Source: Methanocella sp.
GTDB lineage: Archaea; Thermoproteota; Bathyarchaeia; Bathyarchaeales; Bathycorpusculaceae
NCBI GenBank assembly: GCA_050261115.1
Contig: JBLNCY010000057.1
Coordinates: 32,001-96,000, forward strand
Reading direction: 5' to 3'
DNA length: 64,000 nucleotides
Shown here: positions 19,684-29,586 of the stretch, piece after piece
Numbering within the stretch: position 1 is the stretch's first letter
How the letters are laid out: each line of letters begins with the position of its first letter
Notes under the pieces: model-generated
Databases searched by the model: none
What the model saw: only the letters and a program-made list of their open reading frames with translations
What the model was told of the DNA's origin: nothing
Made by a program: the position numbers and the translations under genes

Positions 19684-20760
19684 ATGCATAAAAAACTCTT
19701 GATTCCCGGTCCAACAGAAGTAAGTAAAGAAGTACTCAGTGAACAAAACCAATATTTAATCGGGCACAGAGAAAAAGAGTTCTCAACATTATACGGCGGA
19801 ATCACCGATAAAATCGCCAAATTCTTCCAGTTACCCGCCGATTACAAACCCACCGTTACCACAGGCTCCGGAACGCTATGGTTTGACATAATCGGCCGAA
19901 GCATAGTAAAAGAAAAAGCACTCGCATGCGTCAACGGCGCCTTTAGCCAACGCTGCGCACAAACCCTCATCTCATGCGGCAAACAAACCGACATACTAGA
20001 AGTAGAAATGGGCAAAGCAATCAAACCCGAGATGGTCGCCGAGAAACTCGCCACCGGCAAATACGACACCTTAACTGTTTGCCACAACGAAACCAGCACG
20101 GGTGTAAGAAGTCCAATCGCCGAAATCGGCAAAATGGTCAAAAAAGAATATCCCGGCATAATCTTTGCCGTGGACGCGGTCTCGTCTATGGCAGGCGACA
20201 AAACGCTGCCCAATGAACTCAACTGCGACATCGTGTTTGGCAGCACACAGAAATGCTTCGCACTACCCCCCGGCTTAGCAGTAGCGCTAGTCTCTGATCG
20301 CGCAATCGAACGCGCTAAAACCGTTCCTAACCGAGGCGCCTACACCGATCTAGTTGACATGTTCGAGTTCGAAAAGAAACATCAAACACCCTTCACGCCA
20401 AACGTTAGCTTACTCTATGCACTCAACAAACGCATGGACCTTCTACTGGAGGAAACCTACGATAAAGTCTACCAGCGCCACCTCGACATGGCGCAGTATA
20501 CTCAGGCGTGGGCAAAGAAGCACTTCAGCATGTTCCCCGAGGCAGGATATGAATCCATCACTGTTAGCTGCATAAACAGCAACGGCAAAGACGTTAACGC
20601 AATGAGCAAAAGGCTTGCTGAGGAAAAGGGCTACTTGATTTCTGCGGGTTACGGTAAACTTAAGGATAAAACCTTCCGCATCGGCCACATGGGCGAATGG
20701 AACCTAGACGGCATCAAAGACGTACTTGCTAGTATAGATGAGATTTGGGGATTGAAGTGA
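19684..20760 (+). CDS. Class V PLP aminotransferase (serine-pyruvate / phosphoserine aminotransferase-like)
   Basis: LIPGPTEV, HNETSTG, VDAVSS, STQKCFALPPG, TPFTP, FRIGHMG. Confidence 0.92.
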   Translation: MHKKLLIPGPTEVSKEVLSEQNQYLIGHREKEFSTLYGGITDKIAKFFQLPADYKPTVTTGSGTLWFDIIGRSIVKEKALACVNGAFSQRCAQTLISCGKQTDILEVEMGKAIKPEMVAEKLATGKYDTLTVCHNETSTGVRSPIAEIGKMVKKEYPGIIFAVDAVSSMAGDKTLPNELNCDIVFGSTQKCFALPPGLAVALVSDRAIERAKTVPNRGAYTDLVDMFEFEKKHQTPFTPNVSLLYALNKRMDLLLEETYDKVYQRHLDMAQYTQAWAKKHFSMFPEAGYESITVSCINSNGKDVNAMSKRLAEEKGYLISAGYGKLKDKTFRIGHMGEWNLDGIKDVLASIDEIWGLK

Positions 20761-21659
20761 CCGTAAAAATCCTTGTTAGCGACAGAATCGCTGACGAAGG
20801 CATAAAGATTCTTAGAGAACAAGGCTATGAGGTCACGGAGGGTTGGGATATTCCTAAACCTGACCTTCCCAAAATCATCGGAGAATACGACGTTTTAATT
20901 GTCCGCAGCGCAACCAAAGTTAGAGGCGAGCTTTTAGAGAACGCAAAAAAGCTCCGAGTTATCGGCCGAGCAGGCGAAGGCTTAGACAACATCGACTATG
21001 AGCGAGCCAAACAGTTAGGCATCACAATAGTCAATACTCCGCATATTTCATACATTAGCGTCTCAGAACTAACCATCGGTCACATGATTGCACTTGCACG
21101 CAACATCGTTCAGGGCACAACCTCTCTACGGGAGGGCAAATGGGAAAAAGAAAAACTCATGGGTACCGAACTCAACGGCAAGATGCTGGGTGTCATCGGC
21201 TGCGGCTACATCGGCAAAGACGTCGAACGCTTGGCGCTGGCGTTAGGCATGAAGGTTATTGCAGTTGAGGAATGTGTCTATGATCGGTTTGTGCCCCTTG
21301 CAGACATGTTGCCGCAGGCAGACTTCATAACCATCCATGTCCCCTTAACGCCCAAAACGCGTCATCTGCTTTCCGCCAAGGAATTCCAGTTGATGAAGCA
21401 GGGAGTACGCATAATCGACTGTAGCCGCGGAGGCGTCATTGATCAAGATGCGCTCTATGAAGCGTTGGTTAGCGGCAAAGTTGCAGGTGCAGCGCTTGAT
21501 GTCTTTGAGGAGGAGCCGCCTAAGAATAACAAGCTGCTCACGCTCCCAAACGTGATTGCTACGCCGCATATGGGTGCTCAAACTCATGAGGCGCAACATC
21601 GGGCAAGCATACAAATAGCCAATAACGTTATAGATGCGCTTGAAAAACTGAAGCTGTGA
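20757..21659 (+). CDS. serA: D-3-phosphoglycerate dehydrogenase (short type, no ACT domain)
   Basis: VRSATKV, RAGEGLDNID, GVIGCGYIG, HVPLT, SRGGVID, LDVFEEEP, TPHMGAQT; GTG overlaps the upstream TGA. Confidence 0.85.
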   Translation: MTVKILVSDRIADEGIKILREQGYEVTEGWDIPKPDLPKIIGEYDVLIVRSATKVRGELLENAKKLRVIGRAGEGLDNIDYERAKQLGITIVNTPHISYISVSELTIGHMIALARNIVQGTTSLREGKWEKEKLMGTELNGKMLGVIGCGYIGKDVERLALALGMKVIAVEECVYDRFVPLADMLPQADFITIHVPLTPKTRHLLSAKEFQLMKQGVRIIDCSRGGVIDQDALYEALVSGKVAGAALDVFEEEPPKNNKLLTLPNVIATPHMGAQTHEAQHRASIQIANNVIDALEKLKL

Positions 21660-21671
21660 GTTGACATCTGA

Positions 21672-22949
21672 TTGGTTGATATTCGCCCTTTCAAAGCCAT
21701 AACTTACACACCAAAAGCTGGCCCCGCCGAGGACCTCATAACCCAACCCTACGACAAAATAGATGCCGAAATGCAGAAACAGTACTATGAGCGCTCGCCC
21801 TACAATTTTTGTCGCTTGATTTTGCCAGTGGAGCAAGATAAGTACAACGTGGCTAACCAGAGGATAAACCTGTGGCTAAAGGAGGGCGTTATGGCCAAAG
21901 AAGCCCAGCCCGCGTTCTTCATTTCCCGCCAAGAATTCACCCTAAACGGTAAACGCATAGCTCGAACCGGCATCATAGCCGCCGTTAAACTTCACCCTTA
22001 CAGTGAGAATGTGGTTTTTCCGCATGAAGCGACCTTTAAGGCGCCCAAAGCAGACCGCTTAAATATGCTTCGGACGGTGCAAAAAGACCTTGAGCCTGTC
22101 TTTTTGATGTATCAGGATCCAGAGGAGAAAACTATCACTTACATGGCGGAGGTCGCAAAGTCTGCGCCTGTGATTGAAGCCACGGACTCGTTAGGCGTTA
22201 AGCACACGGTTTGGAAGATATCCGATCCTGCAAAGGTTGAAGAACTGCGGGCACTGCTTGCACCCAAGGTTGTGGTCATAAATGATGGTCACCACCGCTA
22301 TGAAAGCGCGATTCTATACCGTGATGAGATGCGGGCTAGGGGCAACTGGAGTGAGGATCAAGCTTTCAATTATTATATGTGCTATTTGGTTCCAGTTCAA
22401 GAGAAGGGGCTGGTGGTGCTTCCGACTCATCGGTTACTTAAGCAGCATAAGCTTACCCCCGACGTAATGGATGGGCTGAAATGCTTCTTTGACGTGGTGT
22501 CGCTTGAGCCAAGCATCGGTGCTTTGGAGGCTTTTTTGGCCAGCCATGTTGGGGAACATGCCTTTTGCGTCTATGACGGCAAGAAAGCTTGCGGTTTAAT
22601 CCTCAAACATGACGATGCAGTCTACGAGTACGTGGAAAAAACGGTGTCTAAGGAGACCAAAGTTTTCGACGTGGTTATCCTTCGCGACATCGTGTTTAAG
22701 CAGGTGCTAAAAACCGGTCAATTAACCATAGATGACACCATACTGTATGAGCGCTTGACTAAAGACGCAATTACTAAAGTGGATCGCGGTGAAGCCAGTA
22801 TCGCTTTTTTGGTGAACCCGATTAAGGCAGAGACGGTTGCTGAAGTTGCGGTGCAGCATGAGGTTTTGCCTGAGAAGAGCACCGACTTTTATCCTAAACT
22901 GGTTTCGGGTTTAGTGCTGATGGATATTTCTCCTTCAGAAAAACTCTAA
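21672..22949 (+). CDS. DUF1015 family protein (ParB/Srx-like fold)
   Basis: IRPFKA, PYDKI, PHEAT..PKADRL, INDGHHRYE, PTHRL, PEKSTDFYPKL.SGL. Confidence 0.9.
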   Translation: MVDIRPFKAITYTPKAGPAEDLITQPYDKIDAEMQKQYYERSPYNFCRLILPVEQDKYNVANQRINLWLKEGVMAKEAQPAFFISRQEFTLNGKRIARTGIIAAVKLHPYSENVVFPHEATFKAPKADRLNMLRTVQKDLEPVFLMYQDPEEKTITYMAEVAKSAPVIEATDSLGVKHTVWKISDPAKVEELRALLAPKVVVINDGHHRYESAILYRDEMRARGNWSEDQAFNYYMCYLVPVQEKGLVVLPTHRLLKQHKLTPDVMDGLKCFFDVVSLEPSIGALEAFLASHVGEHAFCVYDGKKACGLILKHDDAVYEYVEKTVSKETKVFDVVILRDIVFKQVLKTGQLTIDDTILYERLTKDAITKVDRGEASIAFLVNPIKAETVAEVAVQHEVLPEKSTDFYPKLVSGLVLMDISPSEKL

Positions 22950-22970
22950 CTCCCCTTTTGGGGGTTTGTT
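22948..22970 (+). terminator. Putative hairpin/T-rich terminator after the serine operon
   Basis: AACTCCCC-TTTT-GGGGGTT followed by TGTT immediately after the stop codon. Confidence 0.4.
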
Positions 22971-23043
22971 GGGCGGCGAGTTAGCTAAGGCTGGTTGGAG
23001 AGTCTAAGCAACAGGTAGCCCTTCCTCGTTTGGTTGAGGATGG

Positions 23044-23190
23044 TTACTTTATGAATTTGGTGGGTTGACGCTTAAACCGTTTCTTGCAGACTAAGCTGCA
23101 GAAATGGTAGGTGTCTCCTTCGTAGGAAATTTTAAACTTGGCAGTGTTCTCGTCGAGCACTGCGCCACAGACTGGGTCTCTCATTGACAT
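23044..23190 (-). CDS. YHS/TRASH-domain small metal-binding protein (48 aa, not in ORF track)
   Basis: Hand translation MSMRDPVCGAVLDENTAKFKISYEGDTYHFCSLVCKKRFKRQPTKFIK; DPVCG..Y.FCS..C..F..P signature. Confidence 0.9.
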   Translation of the reverse strand: MSMRDPVCGAVLDENTAKFKISYEGDTYHFCSLVCKKRFKRQPTKFIK

Positions 23191-23448
23191 TTGGGGTACT
23201 AAAGCCTCACTGAATCATTTATGTCCATGCTTTTATGGTTAGTGGTGGCTTTAACTGGAATCTTCAATTTTATGGTTGCCTTTTTTGGGAAAAGCGCTGA
23301 AATTTGAGGCGATTTAACTGTTTTCAGCGTTTGCTTATTGCTTCTGTACAAGTGGTCGTGATTTGTTTATTTGCCCTTCAAAGAAGATGGGTCTTTCCAA
23401 GCCCAATTTCTAACTAAAAATAAGGAAGGGAGCTGATTTGGCGTAGGT

Positions 23449-23781
23449 TTATCTGAATTTACCTTCAATAAGTACTTTAAAGAGGTAAATGGCAGCTGGC
23501 AGGTTAATCGCGACCCGAATGGCGTTTAGCCAAACCTGATAGTAAATGATTATGCCTACGCTGGTGCTTAGCGTATAAACTAGGGTGAAAATGACAAACG
23601 CTATGCCCCATTTTTTGCCTGAAAGCACAGCTGGAACCGTGAGTGTCCAAAGCGCGATTTCTATGTAGTTATTTAGGTCCTCCACATCGCCGCTTAATAG
23701 TATCATGGCCATCAGTAGGATGTTGATTACTGCCCATGCAGCTAATGCATACTTTGTGATTGAGTGGCTTGATGCTTCCAT
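23449..23781 (-). CDS. Small integral membrane protein (4 TM)
   Basis: 110 aa with four hydrophobic segments. Confidence 0.7.
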   Translation of the reverse strand: MEASSHSITKYALAAWAVINILLMAMILLSGDVEDLNNYIEIALWTLTVPAVLSGKKWGIAFVIFTLVYTLSTSVGIIIYYQVWLNAIRVAINLPAAIYLFKVLIEGKFR

Positions 23782-23881
23782 ATTACTTAGCCTCAGCTAA
23801 CCATAGTTACAACTGTTTAATTACTTTTACAGTTAGTAAATTAATACTTACACCGTAAAAGTCACAGGGAAGAAAGCAAAG

Positions 23882-25228
23882 GTGAACCCCAAAACCATAC
23901 AGCAACTAATAACCCAACATTACCCCCTGATCGCAATACTGATTGCTAGCTTCCTTGTCGCCGTCTCCATGGCAACCTACACTAACTGGGACGCCCAACT
24001 AGAATACGAAGCAGCCACAAACATCACCAGTAGCGGCTACCCCATTATCTGGACAGGGCACCTGATTAACCAGCCGCCCCTTGGCTTCTACACCTCCGCT
24101 GGCTTCTTCCAGGTCTTCGGCCAATCCTACAGCAATGCGGTCTTGTTTACGACCCTCTGGGGTGTTGCCGACGTTGGGTTAGTCTATGTTCTGGGGGTTT
24201 TGCTTTATGGTAAACGGACAGGGTTGGTTGCGTCTGCGCTTTTTGGGTTAATTCCTTGGCATGTCTATATGTCTAGGATTTTTCTGATTGATAATCAGTC
24301 GATTTTTTGGAGTTTACTCTTTTTAGTCGTCGGGGTTTTGGCGGTTAGGCGCAATTCAGATAGACTTATGGGCGTTGCGGGTGGTGTGTTTGCTTTGGCG
24401 ATGTTAACCAAGCTTTACTGTGTGTTTGCCCTGCCTCCGCTGCTACTCATTCAGTGGGTAGAAAAGAAACGCGGCGTCTTTATGCCTTCAAACAGAAAGC
24501 TCCTCGCATTCGCCCTACCCATAATAGTTACACAGGTCATCTGGTATGGGCACTCCGCGTTGACTCATCAGAACTTTTTAGGCGTATACTTCAACACAGA
24601 CTTCGTATCCCCACCAATCACAGACCCCAACGTGTTTTTCCTTCCGATTGTTCTCTCCAAAACCGCAGGCTACTTCCTTTATGGCGCCGTCGCGGTTTCT
24701 GTCGCCTTCGCGTTTGTTTATCGCAGGCGGTTAGCGGATTTTCTGCGCATGGACCTTATTTGCCTTGCCGCCATTGGGGTTATTGCGTCATTGAGTTCGG
24801 TTATGGTGTTGGGTTTGCATTTGACGGTTCCTTATGTGAGCGTTTTTAAGTATACCTACATGGCGTTGCCGTTTTTCTGTTTGCTTGCCGCTTCACTTGC
24901 AGATAAAGGCGCGGCTGTTCTTGGCGGTGCAGAGTGGAAGTGGAGGGCGCATTGGAAAAAGGTTGCTTTAGTTGCGGTTGGTTTTGCACTAATAGTGGGT
25001 TCATTGGTTGAGAGTGTGGTGTTTCTAAACGGTTGGGTTACTTATGCTTCGTTTGGCATTGACTCGGTTGTGTATTACCCGCTTAACCTCTATATGGATA
25101 CTGCTTACCCGGGGCTGGTGACACAGATGCACTATGCAGCTTTAGGGTTGGTGTTGGCGACTTTTGGTTTAGTGTTCCTCTTAGATACAAGAAGGAAAAA
25201 GAGGCTGCCGCAGCTTAAGATGCCATAA
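23882..25228 (+). CDS. GT-C (ArnT/PMT-like) membrane glycosyltransferase
   Basis: N-terminal WD..YE, NQPPLGFY, SRIFLID, LAMLTK; >10 TM segments. Confidence 0.8.
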   Translation: MNPKTIQQLITQHYPLIAILIASFLVAVSMATYTNWDAQLEYEAATNITSSGYPIIWTGHLINQPPLGFYTSAGFFQVFGQSYSNAVLFTTLWGVADVGLVYVLGVLLYGKRTGLVASALFGLIPWHVYMSRIFLIDNQSIFWSLLFLVVGVLAVRRNSDRLMGVAGGVFALAMLTKLYCVFALPPLLLIQWVEKKRGVFMPSNRKLLAFALPIIVTQVIWYGHSALTHQNFLGVYFNTDFVSPPITDPNVFFLPIVLSKTAGYFLYGAVAVSVAFAFVYRRRLADFLRMDLICLAAIGVIASLSSVMVLGLHLTVPYVSVFKYTYMALPFFCLLAASLADKGAAVLGGAEWKWRAHWKKVALVAVGFALIVGSLVESVVFLNGWVTYASFGIDSVVYYPLNLYMDTAYPGLVTQMHYAALGLVLATFGLVFLLDTRRKKRLPQLKMP

Positions 25229-25303
25229 TTGACCTTTGTTTGATGAAAGGTTGCGTCTTTATTAGGCTTGTTTTGTATTCCTCTATCTGTTCAGGCGATA
25301 GTT

Positions 25304-25993
25304 TTGAGCAAGAACCAAAAAATGAACCGCAGCGAATACATTAAGTCAATAGCTGCAGTTGCAGTAATCGTTGTTGTGGTTCTTGGCTTCTTTTTTGGTT
25401 TAAGCTTCGCGTTGAACGCTGAAGTTCCAATCCGCGTGGTCGAGTCGGGAAGCATGTGTGTTCCCTATGGCGGTGCATGTGATGGGTTGAGTGACATCTT
25501 TGAGCAAACCCTGCATGTTGGTGACATCATAATCATCCAAGGTATAGACGCAGAAGCAATAAATGCGGATTATCCTAACAGCGACATAATTGTTTACCTT
25601 AACCCCACTAATCCCGCCGCCACCCCCATCGTCCATCGCGTAGTCTCCAAATATCAGGAGAACGGTGTGTGGTATTTCCAAACAAAGGGCGACGGCAATG
25701 GACATCCTTGGCCCGCTCCGGTTTCGTCTGGGGAGTATGATTCTAACTCGATTTGGCATACCGGGCAAGGTGTCCCCGAAGACCTAGTTCTGGGGAAGGT
25801 GGTGTTGCGTGTCCCTCTGTTTGGGCACATTACATTGTTTCTGCGCAGCAACAGTTGGGGGCTACCGCTGATAGTTGCGATAATACTTATCCTGTTAATT
25901 GTAGAGTTCGTTATTCCGATGCTTAGAACGAAAAAGAAGAATGTAGCCGCTGGAAGCGGCGGTGCTGAAGGGGTTACGCTGTTAAGCGGTTAA
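25304..25993 (+). CDS. Signal peptidase I (archaeal S26B/Sec11 type)
   Basis: TM anchor, VVESGSM (Ser), LHVGDIII, PIVHRV (His), TKGDGN, C-terminal TM; start is 25304 (TTG) or 25322 (ATG). Confidence 0.88.
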   Translation: MSKNQKMNRSEYIKSIAAVAVIVVVVLGFFFGLSFALNAEVPIRVVESGSMCVPYGGACDGLSDIFEQTLHVGDIIIIQGIDAEAINADYPNSDIIVYLNPTNPAATPIVHRVVSKYQENGVWYFQTKGDGNGHPWPAPVSSGEYDSNSIWHTGQGVPEDLVLGKVVLRVPLFGHITLFLRSNSWGLPLIVAIILILLIVEFVIPMLRTKKKNVAAGSGGAEGVTLLSG

Positions 25994-26537
25994 TGAAGTC
26001 TTGGCATTGTGCGTCAACATCGCCGTCTGAAGCTACTTTTACAACTGCATTAACTGTCAAGCTGTTGTCTTCTGAAAGGTTGGCTACTTGTTTTAACACG
26101 GCAGAGTAATCCGAGTTGTCAACGCTTATCGTGCCGTATCCAAAGACGCCGATTTTCTGGTTTCCTGTCGGTGACAGGTTGGCAAGGTAATCCTGTACTG
26201 TTTTAGCCGGCGTGTCTGCATAGATTGGGCCCCCCACAATGATTAAGTCGTATCCGGAGATGTCGGCTGCAGCGGAGCTTTTGATGCCTGCTAACACTAC
26301 GTTATAGCCCTTGTCCTGTAGGTTGTAGCCGATTTTTGTCGCCACATCCTTTGCTCCGCCCGATAAAGCGGGGCTGTATATAATGAGTGCTTGTCCGATG
26401 GGTTAGCCGTGGGGTAATGGCTGGGTGTCGGTTGCAAGGGTGCCTGCTAAGTCGAGGGCTATTGTTGCTGTGAATGCAATGAAAACCGCTAATATGATTA
26501 CGAATATGCTGAGGATTATTTTGAAGAGTTTTCTCAT
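25974..26537 (-). pseudogene. Membrane-anchored flavodoxin-like gene with an in-frame TAA at codon 45
   Basis: ATG 26537 gives MRKLFKIILSIFVIILAVF..PLPHG* then the same frame continues PIGQALIIYSPALSGGAKDVATKI..YDLIIVGGPIYA; stop at 26403-26405. Confidence 0.8.
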
Positions 26538-26714
26538 AGGTCTCTCTCAGTAGCTTAGTTTGCGTTTGTTAATAATAAGCACTATCTATGGAAGGCATGC
26601 TCTAAACCGAAAAAGTGGCTGGCCATCGGGCTTAGAGATTGCTTAGCTGTTGATAGTCGATGCATTTCTGGTGTGGGAAGCTAACAATACATGCGTTCTT
26701 TTACGACCGCGACT

Positions 26715-29483
26715 TTATCCGCCTAGGAAACTCGCAAGCCGCGTCATACCAATAATCTCATCAAAATTCAAACCCAACGCATCCAAGACCTGCTCAAAGG
26801 TTGCCTGCAAATACGCGATGTACTTATCAACGTCTATCTCGTTGCGTGAAGCTAACTCGACTGGTTTAACGCCCGAGTAGTCTTCAGCTGAACCTCCCCG
26901 CGACGAGGACTTGATGACTTTTACAAAGCTAATTTGGTCGCCTGCGCGGATTTCTTTGCCATTGTTCTGTAGAATTCGGGCTGCTTTAACGTGTTGTGGC
27001 GTTGTTTTAGTATAGCTTGCAAGCTCATCGCCTAAAACCATGTGAAATGCCAAATCGGTGTTGTCTGCCCATTCTCTGCGTTTGAGGGTGTTATAGCGTT
27101 CGCGGACGATGGCGGCGATTTCTTTTTTGGCTTTCTCGAAGTCTTGTGGGTTCTTTACTTGTCCAAGTTTGGCTTTCATCTGGTTGAAGGCGTCTTTTAT
27201 GAAGACGGGTATGTGCTTCTTTTTGCCTGTTAAGCCTTTAACGTCTACGGCGCCGTCTTCGAGTACGCCGAGGTAGTTCTTTTTGCGGCTGCTAAAAACG
27301 GCATAGCGGTAGGTTTTGTCTACGTCGATGCCCATGCCTAATTCGTGCTCTGTATAGTGGACCACGTCTTCGATTTGCTCTTTAGTTGGGTTTTTGAGGA
27401 ATAAGCTGTCGGTGTCGCCGTAGAGCACCTGGATGCCTACGGTGTTACAGTGGTTTAAGATTTGGGTGATGCTGTAGCGTCCGATGGCTGCGGTGGCTTC
27501 TGCGACTGGCGGGCAGTAGAGGTCAAAGCTGTCGGCTCCAAACACGCCATAGCTTGCGTTTAAAATTACTTTAAGCGCGCCTTGGGTGATGCTATACCAG
27601 CTGCGCAGTTCGGGGGGTAGCGTTTTGTCTTTGGCTTTGTTCTTGTACCATCTGACACGGAGGTCTCGAAGTGAGCCTATGAGTAGGCTTTCGAGGGCGC
27701 GGTGCTCGGTGCAGACCCAGTGCTGGGTGTCAGGAATCGGTTTTTTATTTTTGCAGCCGGGGTGGTTGCAGCAAATCGACTGGTAGCCAAGGTTCCAGAC
27801 TTTGATGATGGAGGGGTATAGGCTGGGGAAGTCCATGACGGAGACATTAAAGTGTACGCCGGGAACAGGCTCAACAACTATTGCGCCTTTGTATTTTTTG
27901 CCCTTGATGACGGCGGTGGTGCTGGTTTTGCCTTTTTTGGTTAGGATGTCTTCGGAGTTGGGGATTAGCATGCCGCGGTTGCGGTGTTCGCGTTGCATAA
28001 AGTTGCGTATCCAGCGGCTCACTCCCTGGCGGCTAACGTCCTCCATGGGCATGGAGGCGATTCTGGTGAGAACTAGCAGCAGCTTCATTGCTGCGTCATT
28101 GTCGTGGCTGGTCAGTTTGTAGGTGATCTCTGAGTCGCGCAGACAATAGGCGGATAGTTCGCTGTAATCTAATTCGCCAAACGCCTTCTCAAGATGAAGT
28201 TTCGGTGTACCAATAAGGGCGCAGCCGACGTCATCTAAGCTAACATCCTTGTACTTGCCGCCATAAGCGTAGACCTGCACGGAGCGGTTGAAAAAGAACT
28301 TGTATAGGTCGATATGTAGCCCGTAGTGGAGTGTGCAGACCCGTTTGCCGATATCAATGGGTATCTCGCTTCTTCGTAGCCCTAAGTTGTAGGCGCGGTG
28401 GGCGAGGTATCGTAGGTCAAAGTCGTCGCCGTTAAAGGTTAAGATAAAGGGGAAATCGTTTAGAATCCCGAAAACTTTGCGGATTAGTTCTTCTTCGGTT
28501 TCACAGAACTCAATCTCTAATCCGCTGATTAGGTTTGGGTCGCCGCTTTTTACGCCTTCCCGTTTTAGCACCAGGACTTTTTTGTCGCCATCGCTGCTAT
28601 AAATTGAGCAGGCGATAACTGGGCAAGCGCCTTCTCGGGCGTCTGGAACGCGATTAGCAAGGGGGGAATAGACCTCTATGTCTATGGCTGCTCGTCTAAA
28701 CTGAGGTGCAGGGTACTCGAGGAGCTTTGCCCACATTTCGGCGTAGCTGCGTTCCTCTTCACTGCATTCTTTGAAGGTGTCTCGGATTTTGGCCAGATTC
28801 TCTGACGCCGTGATATCGACGGCCTCGACGAGGTTGCCGTCTTTAACTTCATAAATCATGCCCGGCTGGAGCTTGCGGTCGAAAATGTATGACTGGTAAT
28901 ATTTGATTCTGGCTTCCCAAATCTTTGCCCCTGCATCTTGCATGCTTACCCCAAATATGCCTTTGTAATCCTCGGGGATTATGTCTCGAATTGAGCTTCC
29001 GGGGCGTCCGCCGACTGCCTGGGGGTCTTTGCAGACGATTTTGGTGACTTCTATTTCTTTGTCGTTTAAGGGGTCAAAGCGTTTGACCGTCTCAAAATGG
29101 TCAAAGCCCTCGTGATTTTTCACCCGCTCAAAAAGCTCCATCTCCTCTTTAGCGATGCTTGTTAAACAGTAGGGGAGATGCCCTGTGTTGTCATACCAGA
29201 AGTACATTTCTCCTGCTTGGGGCTCATAGAGCTTGATTACCGCCTTCCTCAGTTTGCCATCGTAGCCTGCGGATACAAAGTAGGACGGCGGCAGGTTAGG
29301 TGGTGCAACGGGGGGGTTTGCGTGTGGTTTGCGTTCACGCTTCTTTAGGGGTGCAGGTTCCGCAGTTACGGTTGGGGGCTGCGGTTGTTTTTCTTCCTCT
29401 TTGGGCTGCGCTGGTGCCGGTGGAGGTGCCTTCTGTGGTTTAGATGTTCCCCAGAAACTATCTAAACTCTGCTGTTTTGGCAT
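26715..29483 (-). CDS. polB: Family B DNA polymerase (PolB1 type)
   Basis: Exonuclease motifs AIDIEV, TFNGDDFD, YCLRDS; polymerase motifs DFPSLYPS, KVILNASYG, YGDTDS, KKNY; N-terminal PIP-like QQSLDSFW. Confidence 0.96.
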   Translation of the reverse strand: MPKQQSLDSFWGTSKPQKAPPPAPAQPKEEEKQPQPPTVTAEPAPLKKRERKPHANPPVAPPNLPPSYFVSAGYDGKLRKAVIKLYEPQAGEMYFWYDNTGHLPYCLTSIAKEEMELFERVKNHEGFDHFETVKRFDPLNDKEIEVTKIVCKDPQAVGGRPGSSIRDIIPEDYKGIFGVSMQDAGAKIWEARIKYYQSYIFDRKLQPGMIYEVKDGNLVEAVDITASENLAKIRDTFKECSEEERSYAEMWAKLLEYPAPQFRRAAIDIEVYSPLANRVPDAREGACPVIACSIYSSDGDKKVLVLKREGVKSGDPNLISGLEIEFCETEEELIRKVFGILNDFPFILTFNGDDFDLRYLAHRAYNLGLRRSEIPIDIGKRVCTLHYGLHIDLYKFFFNRSVQVYAYGGKYKDVSLDDVGCALIGTPKLHLEKAFGELDYSELSAYCLRDSEITYKLTSHDNDAAMKLLLVLTRIASMPMEDVSRQGVSRWIRNFMQREHRNRGMLIPNSEDILTKKGKTSTTAVIKGKKYKGAIVVEPVPGVHFNVSVMDFPSLYPSIIKVWNLGYQSICCNHPGCKNKKPIPDTQHWVCTEHRALESLLIGSLRDLRVRWYKNKAKDKTLPPELRSWYSITQGALKVILNASYGVFGADSFDLYCPPVAEATAAIGRYSITQILNHCNTVGIQVLYGDTDSLFLKNPTKEQIEDVVHYTEHELGMGIDVDKTYRYAVFSSRKKNYLGVLEDGAVDVKGLTGKKKHIPVFIKDAFNQMKAKLGQVKNPQDFEKAKKEIAAIVRERYNTLKRREWADNTDLAFHMVLGDELASYTKTTPQHVKAARILQNNGKEIRAGDQISFVKVIKSSSRGGSAEDYSGVKPVELASRNEIDVDKYIAYLQATFEQVLDALGLNFDEIIGMTRLASFLGG

Positions 29484-29586
29484 CCTCTCTCTGAACCCTT
29501 TTTATCCACTATGAGTATGAGGCACTATAAACGTTTGCTGCATAACCTGCTTAAACCGCTGAGACGAAAACAAAACAATAAAGGGG

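Noticed and set aside
26715-29483. PolB as a marker of a casposon or provirus
   Set aside because: It is a cellular PolB1-type enzyme; no cas1, integrase, capsid gene or terminal repeats are nearby.
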